Assembly (NCBI GenBank): GCA_043228905.1
Contig: JBHGNT010000001.1
Span: forward strand, 186,001 to 250,000
Reading direction: 5' to 3'
Length of the DNA stretch: 64,000 nt
Source of the DNA: Azolla caroliniana
Taxonomy: Eukaryota > Plantae > Polypodiophyta
Shown here piece by piece: positions 21,236 to 31,776 of this stretch. Each line of letters opens with the position of its first letter. The stretch's first letter is position 1. Position numbers and translations under genes: made by a program. The notes under the pieces are model-generated. The model made no database searches. It had not been told where the DNA came from and saw nothing but the letters and a program-made list of their open reading frames with translations.

Positions 21236-23661
21236 CCGCTCCTCACTGCCCTCCGGTAACGGTGTCGCGACTGGCCTCACCTTCCGGTTCACAGTCTTGT
21301 ATTTCGTATCCACGCGGGCCGTCCGATCCGACCCGATCCTTTCCCCGAAGTCAGCGATGACTTCGTACATTCCCATTGACCCTACCGGAACGGTACAGTC
21401 TTCCCTAAGATCTTCACCGATTACCTTTCGTAGTTCGCCCAAGGTGTCGTCAAAAGAGACCGCCTCCACGGCGCCGCTGATGTCCTCGTCGGGGAAGAGG
21501 ACTCTGCATACCTTGAGCCGCTCCTCCGCTCACTTCCTCTCCCGGCCGCTGATGCCGGTTATAGTACAACCTTCGTTGTCGAAGAACCAAAACTTCCTAC
21601 CCATGGTACAAGTCTTCTTCCGTACTATACATTTGTGGGGTTGTTCCCGGGAGTCCGGACTATCGCGGCCCCACGCCTTGATAGCCCTCTCTAAAAATCC
21701 CCTCGGGTTTCGCTGCCGAGGGCCTCGCGATTACGCTCGTGGTTTGGTCGCACCGTTAGGAACTGGACCGAGTGACGCTCGTCCTGGCTCTTGACTCTTG
21801 CATAGGCTGAACCGTTGTCCAGCACCTTGGTCTCCATCCGTGCTGCCGTGATATATGCCTCTCCTAGTATAACCAGATGCGAGGACGTCTCCTGCACGAA
21901 GAAGTGCTGGTCGATCTCGACATCGCCGATTTTCACCCGTACGTTCGGACAAGCCCCATGTAGTTCTTCTGTGGCACGCGTCGCTACCCGTATCTTCCAG
22001 CCATGCTTGGTGTTGATCGGCCATTTACCCTTCTTGTAGAAATCCCTGGACATGAGGTTGATTTCGGATCCATGGTCTACCAACGCCACCACCGGTTCCA
22101 GAACAGGGGTTTCCATAGTCGCCCTGGCCCAATGCAGCGTCGTGTAGTGGCTTCCCGCCAGCTCATCTTCCAAGGCTCCGTCTTCCAGGTGCGTGGTCCG
22201 CACTTCCACCGGCTTCTCCTGTTCCGGCTCCGTCGAGAGCCTCTTCCGCTTCACCAAGTCTACGATAGAGTCGTGGAACTCCCTCTTGGCGATTCCTAGC
22301 ACCTCCCGCAACGACAACTCCACTTTACTGTCGAGGATTCGCTCTTCAAGGACCTTCCGTAGGTCCGTTGCTCTCTCGATTTCGGTGCTCAACCGAAACC
22401 CCGCCTACTTCATCCCATCCGGCACGCCTGGGTTGCCGGCACCGGTCGGTTTCGGTCCGAACCAGGTCTCATACCTCGGGGGCCCAACCCCTCCGGCCTT
22501 TCCTGCCCGTTTGTCCTCCACCAGAACTTCGTAGTTCTGGCAAGCGGCTTCTATGAAGCCCGTTTTCTCTTCGACCGGATCATCCCAACTGGTGACCTCC
22601 TGGATCCGCTGTTCCGCGCGGTCCACCTCTTCCTTCCTCAGCCGAACTCCGGAGAGGCCTTCTAGCACTAGCGGCCAGAATCCGGAGTCCTTCGCCTTCC
22701 CGCCGACACAGAGTAGTTAACGGCTTCGATGTGCCATGCCGCGGCCTCTTCCATCAACCTCTTCATGCCGCCACGCCCCGTATTCAGTTCCAGGGCTCTC
22801 CGGGTCTCGCTCGCGTGCACCCGCCCGTTCTAGAGGTACACCACGTTGGTCCTGAGCGCGTCGGCGAAATCCACGCAATCCTTCCAAATGTGACCGATCG
22901 CGTCACACCACATGCACCACTGCCCAGCCGGCGGCCTCTGGTCGCGAGGTTGTTCACCGCTGTCTCTCTGGGCCTGTGCGATCTGCAGGTCGCGCACCAT
23001 CTGTGTTAGCTCCTCCAGAGCCGCTCCTTCGGATGGGCCTCTGACCGCGTCGTTCGATGCCGACCCCGACTCCGGCCAGATCAAGTCTCTTCCTTCCTCC
23101 CAACCGGCACCGAAACCGGCTCCTCGAGCCTCCTCCCCGGGACCGGCCCCGACCCCGACGTGCTTCCGTCACTCCAATCACGTTGTTTGTCGAAACGGCT
23201 GCAGACCCGTTTTACCACGGCCCAGTTCGTCGTGAGCCCTTCGTCCGTTTCCAATAGGGGACCCACCTTTTCCCTGTCAAGCGCATCCACCGACTTGACA
23301 AACAACAGTACTCGACTTGTTTCGAGCACCGTCCGGTCCAGCATCGACAGCCGCGCGAACCGTTTTTCGAACTCCTGGAGGAGCACCAACGTGTTCCTCT
23401 CTTTTCCGGCCAAGTTTGGCATCCGGCCAGCACCTCGAGCACCTCCGCATGGATGCCCAACGTCACCACCCGAGGGAATCCGGACAGCCGCCTGTCCTCC
23501 TGGTAAGCCTCCAAATAACTTGTGGCGTCTTTCCCTCCGAAACGGCATATACAGCCGATGATCGATTCAATGGCTCTGTCGAGGGTACCCGTTCCCTCAC
23601 GAGCACTCACCAGCCGGTCGACGGCCACCGCCATTGCCTCTGCTAGCTCCGATCCCCTCAT
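21236..23661 (-). pseudogene. Element B gag-protease, disrupted
   Basis: CMWCDAIGHIWKDC, LVDHGSEIN, and TKYKTVNRKVRPVA upstream of the missing RT. Confidence 0.88.
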
Positions 23662-23684
23662 CTTTCGACTCCTTTGCCGCCCTT

Positions 23685-23701
23685 TCACGTCGGGTTCACC
23701 A
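23685..23701 (-). promoter_or_regulatory. PBS complementary to the tRNA-Trp 3' end (element B)
   Basis: Same 17-mer as in C, 4 nt from the LTR. Confidence 0.85.
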
Positions 23702-23705
23702 AATA

Positions 23706-24346
23706 TGTCGCGTTGTTACGCACGTTCGTGTAGAAAGGGGCGGGACCACGGGGGTCTTGGACCGAGGAGCGATAGAGAGAGAGACAGAGAGAGAGAGAGA
23801 TTCACCGACACGTAGAAGCGAGAAAGAGAGATATAGAACGTAACGCTTAATTATTATGGCAATAGATTACAAACTCTGACAGTTACAACCGACAAAGCGG
23901 CGACGAACCCGACACGGGGACCCTACTCACGCACACCGACGACAGTCACACGACTCAAAGAAACAGGAGGGGGAAAGGGAGCGACCCTACTGGAAGCACA
24001 CGGGTTCTCCACGAAGCAAAGGCAACGACCTCCCGACACCCGCAGAGAGCGACGATTCGAGATGAAGAGAGAGAGCTCTGCCTTTCGTTCTGCAGCAACC
24101 TCCTCTCCTCCCAACGCGCGATATTTCCTTTTCTCTTGTCCTCTTCCCTTTATTCGATGTCCCTCTGCCCCCCCGTCTGACAGAGATACGCACAATCCCC
24201 TGATAAATGTGTGCCACTTCGTATTTTCACCCACCGATCCGTTTATGAATCAGGTACAAAATATCAAGTTACGCGTCCATCCGTGTAAGAGCCGGTTCAC
24301 GCACCTTTCTCTCCGATTCCGCCTATGGCCGGTTTTCTTCACGACA
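23706..24346 (-). repeat. 5' LTR of element B
   Basis: Matches 5651-6275. Confidence 0.92.
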
Positions 24347-27300
24347 TCCTTGATCTTCTTCGGTCTCAACCAGTGTGTTCGGTCGAACCGGCCCTTGTTC
24401 CTTTCGCGCGTCGTACACAGCTTCGCCATCGCTTGCTCCACGTCCTGCGGTCGTCGATCGAGCTGCCGAATCCGCGCCGCCAGCAACTCTTCCCGGTTCA
24501 TCTCGTCCTTCCAATCCACTGCGACCCACGAAGTTATCGTCCGTGCCATCGGCATAATCGACTTTTGCCCATACATTAACTCCGCCAGCATGAACCCTGT
24601 CACCGAACTGTGCGTAGTCCGGTCTGCCCACATCGCGTGGGGTAGAAGCCGCGGCCAATTCCCGACCTGCCCTTCACACGCTCGTACCAAAGCCTTCATG
24701 ATCGGTCCATGTCCGTGTTCTACCTTCCCGTTCGCCTCCGGATTGTACGCCGTAGTGAGGGAGAACTTGACCCCTAATCGGTCGAACAACTCCTTAGCTT
24801 CCTGCGCGTCCAACTCTCCCTGGTCCGCCACGATTTTCCCTATGCATCCGTACCGACACACTACCTCTTCGATCAGGAACCGGCACACCGCCGCAATCGT
24901 CTTGTTCGTCAGCACGCGGCCTTCCACTTGGTTCGTTAAATCTTCTCGCGCAAGCACTAGATACCGCATCTACCCTATCCCCATTGGCATTGTCACTAAG
25001 TCCACCATCAATTTGAAGTGGATGGTCGGCGGGTAGGTTGGGTGCAGCTCGTCTCGATGCCGGATCGCGGAGTGCATCTGACAGTTTTCACACATCGTCA
25101 CGAATTGGTAAACATCCTGGTACAGCCCCGACCACCAATACTTCTCTTTCAGTTTCTCAAACGTGGCCCAGGTCCCGCGGTGTCCGGCCCAAGGACTCTC
25201 GTGGTACGTCGTTAACAACTTGTCCTGCTCGTCCTCTCTTGCCACTACGCGGAGCGGAACGTCACCTCGCTTCTTTGGGAGCGTCCATATGTTCTCGTCC
25301 CGTAGGAAGAACCGGTAAGCTTTCTTTCGGATCTGGTTAGCCTCTTCCTTTGTCCACATTGTGTCCGGTGTCATTGTCTTCAGGAACCTACCGATGTGGA
25401 GCCACTCCCCGTCGTACTCGCCTTCGCGGAATTCGTGAAGCGCCGGAGGTCTCCTTTCCCTCGTTATGTATGCCGTCTCGAAGAAGTCTACGCCGACTTC
25501 CTCGTCCTTCGAAACCATGTCGTCCTCGTCGTTGACCCGCGCTCTCGAAAGCATGTCGGCCATGGCGTTGTCCTTCCCGGAGATGTGCTAGGTCCGGAGT
25601 CGTGCATCCGAAAATCATACTGATAATTGGTAGGCAATCCATCTCAACTATTACCTCCGTCCCTATAAGATAATCTTTGTCAGCCTTAACCGCCGAAACG
25701 ATACCCCATAGTTCACGCTTAACTTGGGTGTACCCTCGTTGTCGCTCACTGAGAACCTTCGCCCCGAACCAGATCGGGAACCGTGCGCCGCTCTCGTCCT
25801 CCTGATTGATCACCAATCCGATCCCGGTCGGGCTTGTGTCAACGGTTACGTAGATGGGGATCTCCTTGCCATAAACCGCCTTCCTGAGAGCTGGTGCTGC
25901 GGTAAGTGCCTCCTTCAGTCTTTGGACCGACTCCGTATGCTCCTTGCCCCAATCAAATTTGTACCCCTTTTTTAGCAACCCGTAAAGTGGTTCTGCAACG
26001 TGTGCGTAGTGCAGAATCCAAATGTGGTAGAACGCGCACGCACCCAGGAACCTCTGCACCTTGGTAACCGACTTGCACTCTTCCTTCATTGTGGAGATGG
26101 CTTCTATCTTTGTCGGAGACAGTTTCCGGTCGTAGGGCCCGCACAGGTGACCAACCACTAGGATCTCCGATTGGCCGAACGTCGATTTCTCTTCGGAAAA
26201 GGTGAGTTGCGCGTCCTCCAGCCTTTGCAGCACCTTCTCGCAATCATCAATGTGGTCCGCGACGAACCTCCAACATCCGTCCGGCCCAACTGCCTCGTCC
26301 TTACCCTCCACCGGACATCCTTTGATCAGGATGTCGTCCAGGAATGGCATGGTGATGTCCGAGATGCAGTCCCTCAACACTTTGTTCATCGAGTTCACCA
26401 TGTGCACCACCGAGTTTGTCCTTCCTTGCGGCAAGGTACACATCCGCACTAAGCTGAGAGGGGTTCACATTGTCGTGATATCCCTGCTCTCCACGGCTAG
26501 TTGGAACTGATCATACCCCGAGTACAGATCACCGACCGAATTGATTGACCTTCCGGCGAAGGCATCCGCGAACTCGTCTATCATTGGTCTGATACCTGCA
26601 TTGCGAATGGTCACCTTGTTGAACGGTTGCAGGTCCTAAATGAAGCGCAGCGTGCCGTTCTTCTTCGGTATGGTAAACCACCAATTCGAGTATGGGGCGC
26701 TCGACGGTTCGAGGATGCCCATCTCCACTTTCTGCTTCAGTAGCTCCATCAACTTTGGGATGTGAGCTCTGGGTACCGGAATCGGCTTGAGATTCCACAG
26801 CACATGCGACACCGTGAATATCACCATCGGCTCCACGATGGTCGGGTCTACGCACCCGATCTCCTCCGGCGAGAATGCGAAGGCTTTCTCGTGCCTTCCG
26901 AGCATCCTTTGAAACCGGTCCTCCTCCGCCAGCAGTAGAAACCCACCCCCACCGACCTTGAGCTCCCGTAGCGTTATGTGCTGAATCGGTGCCCTACGCC
27001 GACCGGTTGTCATAAACTTGGGTCGGACGCAACCCCTTTTATCCGCTCTCCGCTGCCCTCGGGCAAGGGTGCCGCGACTGGCCTCAACTTCCGGTCCACA
27101 ATCTTGTACTTGGTATCCATGCGGGTCGTCCGACCGAACCGGACCCTTTCCCCGAAGTAAGCGATGACTTCGTACATTTCTACCGAACTAACCGGAACTG
27201 CCCGGTCTTTACTAAGGCCTCCTTCGACAACCTCGCATAATTCCCCCAAGGTGTTATCGAAGGAGACCGCTTCCACGGCACTACCAATCTCTTCGCCGGG

Positions 27301-29525
27301 GCCGAGGACCCCGAGCGCCCTGAGTCTTTCTTCCGCCCTCTTCCTTTCCTGGCCACTGATGTCGGCTCTATTATCGGAGAACCAAAATTTTCTACCTGTG
27401 GTACACGTGTGGGGTTCTTCCGAGGTGTCTGGACTATCGCGGCCCCACGCCTTGATAGCCCTCTCTAATATCCCCTCGGCTCTCGCCGTCGAGGGTCTCA
27501 CGGTTACGCTCATGGTTCGGCCTCACCGTCAAAAATTGAATGGAGCGTTGTCCGTCCTGGATCTTCACGCGCGCGTACGCCGATCCATTGTCAAACACCT
27601 TCGTTTCCATCCTTGCCGCCGTAATGTATGGCTCGCCGAGTATCACCGGGTGCGAGGAGGTCTCCTGCACAAAGAAGTGTTGATCTATTTCAACGTCGTC
27701 GATCTTTGCGCGTACATTCGGGCACGCACCATGCAGCTCCTCCGGAACGCGTGTCGTCGTGCGTATCTTCCACTCGTGCTTGGTGTTGATTGGCCACATC
27801 CCCTTTTTGTAGAAGTCCATGGACATCATGTTGATCTCTGAGCCGTGGTCTATCAATGCCACCACCGGCTCCTGCATGTCCCCAACCCGGACAGGGGTCT
27901 CTGTAGTGGTCCTTGCCCAATGCGGCTTCGCGTAGTAGCTGTCTGTCAACTCATCCTCTAGGGCCGTGTCTTCTAGGTGCGTCATCCACTTCACCAAGTC
28001 CACAATGGAGTCGTGGAACTCCTTCTTGGCGATTCCGAGCACCTCCCTCAGCAACAACTCCACCTTGTTGGCAAGAATCCGCTCCTCGAGGACCTTCCGC
28101 AAGTCCGTTGACCTCTCAATCTCCGTGCTCAGCAAGTAACCGACCCTTTCCGTTAAATCCGGCACCCCGGTGTTGCCAGCATCATTATGCTTTGGTCTGA
28201 ACCGAGTCTCGTACCGTTGTGAGGGATCGGCGCCCCCAACCCTTCTCGCACACTTGTCTTCTACTAGAACCTCGTAGTTTTGGCATGCGGCTTCAACCGG
28301 ATCGTCCCATCCGGTGACCTCCCGGATCCATTGTTCCACGTGGTCCGCCTCCTTCTTTCGGCGTACCTCGGAGAGGCCTTCTAGCACCAGCGACCAGAAT
28401 CCAGAGTCTTTCGCCTTCCATTCCTCGTCGCCCCCGACCCGGATACCCGTCGACGCGGAGTAGTGGACGGCCTCTGCATGTTGTGTTGCGGCTTCTTCCA
28501 TCAAACGCTTCATCCCGTCACGCCCGGTGTTCAACTCTAGGGCTTTCCGCGTGTCGTCGGCATGCACCCGCCCATTCCAGAGCTACACCACGTTTGCCCG
28601 GAGTGCCTATGCGAAATCCGCGCATTCTTTCCGGATGTGACCGACTGCATCACACCACATGCATCGTTGCCCCGTCAACGGCCTCCGGTCACGAGGTTGA
28701 TCGTCGTTGTCCCTCCATGCTTGTGTGGTCTGGAGGTCGCGCACCATTTGCGTCAGCTCTTCCAAAGCCGCTCCTCCAAAAGAGCCTTGGACCACTACGT
28801 TCGAGGTTGGGCCTGTCTCGAACCAATTCCGAGTCTCTTCCTTCCTAGCCGGCACCGATACCGGCTCCTCAAGCTTCCTCGCCAGGACCGGCCCCGACGC
28901 CGTCGAGCCCTCATCGCTCCACTCATGCCACTTGTCAAAGAGGGCGCAGACCCCTTTGACCACAACCCAGTCAGTCGTGAGGCCGTTATCCGTCTCCAAT
29001 AGGAGAGCCACCTTCTCCCGATCCAGCGTGTGCACGGAACTTGACGAACAGCAAGACCCTACTCGTGTCGAGCATGGTCCAATCTAGCGTTGACAGCCTA
29101 GCGAATCGTTGTTCGAATTCCTGGAGGAGCACCGACGCGTTCCTCCCCTTTCTAGGGTTCTCAACCCAAGCCATGAAGTCCCGCTTCGACAACCAAAGTG
29201 AATTGTCGTACCCGTACTTCTCGAGGAGCCGCCCCTCGAGCTCCACCCAAGCCTGGCATCCTGCCCGCACCTCGAGCACCTCCGCGTGGATGCTCGGCGT
29301 CACTACTCGAGGGAACCCGGACAGTCGCCTGTCCTCCAGGATGTCCCTCATTATCATTTTGGCCCGATAGGCCTCCAAATAGCTCGTGGCATTCTTCCCA
29401 CCGAATTGGCCTATGGTGCCGACAATCGATTCTACGACCCTATCAAGGGCACTCATTCCCTCACGAGCACTCACTAGCCGGTCGACGGCTACTACCATAG
29501 CTTCTACAATCTCGGATCCCCTCAT
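24347..29525 (-). pseudogene. Element A gag-PR-RT-RH-INT, disrupted
   Basis: All domains in gypsy order across ORF fragments, with many stops and frameshifts. Confidence 0.9.
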
Positions 29526-29559
29526 CTTCAACTCCTTTGCCGCCTTCTTTCACGTCAGA

Positions 29560-30179
29560 TGTCGTGTTGTTACGCTCTCGCGTGTGGAATGAGGCGGGAC
29601 CGCGGGGGCCCTTAACCAAGGAGCATGAGAAAGAAGAGGGAGAGCGATTCACAGAAACACAGGGAGAGAGAGACAGGAATAGAAGATTCCATTACTATGT
29701 CAATAACGATTATAACCGGCAACCCGGCAACAGACCCAAAACGGAGGTCCCACACACACACACGGACGACACAGAGAATGCACGGTGGAGCCTCTACTGG
29801 AAGCACACGGGCTCACGCGTAGCAGAGGTAACCGACACAAAAACATAGTGGAGAGCAACGATGGAGGAGGAGAGAGCTCAGTCCCAGTCCGGCAGCACTT
29901 CGTCCTTGCCAAAACACGATATTGTCTTATTCTTCTCCCCTCCCTTTTATAGGTCGCCGAGGAGGCCGTTACATCAAAACACATCAACTTTATTCTTTGT
30001 CCTTTCGGACAGAGATACACACCAATTCCCTAGACAATTAATACCCTTCCTAGTACATATGTACATATGTTGATCTATCCCTAGCTATGTACAATTCATA
30101 AACACACACGCACGCGCAAAAGGGGCTGGGTCACACCTCCTCCCCTTGATTCCTCCTAGGGGCAGTTTTCTCCACGACA
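29560..30179 (-). repeat. 5' LTR of element A
   Basis: Matches 4415-5034; the adjacent PBS is partly deleted. Confidence 0.92.
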
Positions 30180-30239
30180 ACGTTGCACGCATATATGCAT
30201 ACATGTGTGTGTGGATGTGTGTTTGTAATATGTGTATAA

Positions 30240-31734
30240 TATGGCGAAGTTAGTAAGTTGCCGGCTTGTGAAAGTTGATTCACTTTTCTTCTTCTGACAC
30301 TCTGCCTCATAGTGACCGCAATATCCACATTGAACAAAGTAGTTTTGTCGGCTTGGTCCAACATGATTGCTCCCCCTTCTACCTGACGCTCCTCCTCGCA
30401 TGTTCGCAACGTCTTGCCAGCAGTAGAAGTTGTACACATGGGAATGCCCTTGGTTGTGTTGGCCTAGGCCGATTCGGCCTTTTCTTCCATGGTCGCGCCC
30501 TCTTCCTCCATCCAAACTAGTATAGAGCATTTTTCCGTCTAATGTATTGCCTCTTGTTCGGACGTGATTTTCTTCAACCAGTAGCATTGACTGGAGATCG
30601 AAGAAGAAGGGAGGGTTCTCCCTTGCGACAACGACCGATCTTATTGCGCCAAATCGAGGTGTTAGGACATTGAGGCATATATGCACCATTTTATCATCGT
30701 CAATGTTGACATTGATCGACCTGAGGGAGTTGCAAAGCTCCTTGATATTCAAGGTGTAGCTACCGATTGCCATATCCCTCTGTTGGATATTGTTCAACTC
30801 TTGTCAAAGTTGAAGTTTTCGTGCGGGTGTGTTCATTGTGAATATCTTTTTGAGGTTTCCCCAAGTCTCCTTTGGCTTTTTGGCCTCTCAGATGTAGTCG
30901 AGCATATGATCATGAACGCATGATGCAAGGCAATACAACACACGACTTGCCGCTTGCTCCCATGTTGGGTTGTCGGCGTGTGTTGGGTCAGGTTGCGTTT
31001 CTTGGGCTCCCTCAATGTAACTCCAATAGCCTTGACCGACAAGGTATTGGTGCATCTTGTATTCCCAAGATCCAAAGTTGTTTCTGTCCAACTTTTCATT
31101 GGGGAGAGAGTTGTCAATCTAAGTGTTCATGATGGTCGACTTGTGATTTCTTCTTCTCTGTGATACGAACGGTGCGAGGTTGTTGCTAAGCACAACACAC
31201 ATGGATGGGCTTGGATCAAGCTACCGAACGCTTTGATACCATGTAAAGAATCAGGTGTGATTCAATGTAGTGGAAGTGAACTATGTGTGTGCGTTGGGGG
31301 GGGGGGGGGGGGGTGAGAGAGAGAGAGAGAGAGAGAACACAAGGTATACAAAAAATCAAGAAAACTGTATTAACATGAGAATAAATAACCAACCAGTTGC
31401 AAAGAGGAGAAGAATGTGCTCATGAGCTCTCTAACATCTACTCCCAACATGTTCAAGCCCATCTCTCCTCTCTTGATTCTTCCCTGCCTTTAGAGAACCT
31501 CACTATAGAACTCACACACGTCCTTCACTTAGCAACAATTAGTAGCTTCCCATACACGAAATACTCCAATCAAAGTAGAATAGGGTCTATGCCACAGAAT
31601 AGGTGGTATGATGAGGATTGTTATAGATAACTTAAAGTGTTGCGACATAGTGGTACTATTTCCTTAGTACATGCTCACAAAGAGATGCGCAAGATGACAT
31701 GTCGTAAAAGATGAGCTTGGGAAGCATCTCAATA
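30240..31734 (-). mobile_element. Old truncated Ty1/copia: LTR, PBS and gag only
   Basis: Degenerate tRNA-iMet PBS (sense TGGTATCAAAGC, 31230-31241). LTR from 31242 to about 31734. Copia gag remnants (NNFGSWEYKMHQYL, CGYCGHYEAEC) with stops. Far LTR boundary is approximate. Confidence 0.75.
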
Positions 31735-31776
31735 TTGGGAACTCTACCACATTCTCATGAGTAGGGACAACACCCT

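Larger units (their letters stand above)
5651..24346 (-). mobile_element. Element B: gypsy LTR retrotransposon nested in the integrase of A
   Basis: LTRs 5651-6275 and 23706-24346. tRNA-Trp PBS 23685-23701. PPT 6276-6290. Gag-PR remnants 21236-23661; RH end and INT 6345-8485. No matching short TSD. Confidence 0.9.
4415..30179 (-). mobile_element. Element A: outermost non-chromoviral Ty3/gypsy LTR retrotransposon (Phygy/Selgy-like, degenerate)
   Basis: LTRs 4415-5034 and 29560-30179 (both 620 bp, TGTCG...CGACA). 4-bp TSD ACGT at 4411-4414 and 30180-30183. PPT 5035-5050. Gag, PR (LIDHGSEIN), RT (FLDD), RH and INT remnants at 24347-29525 and 5108-5650. Confidence 0.92.
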
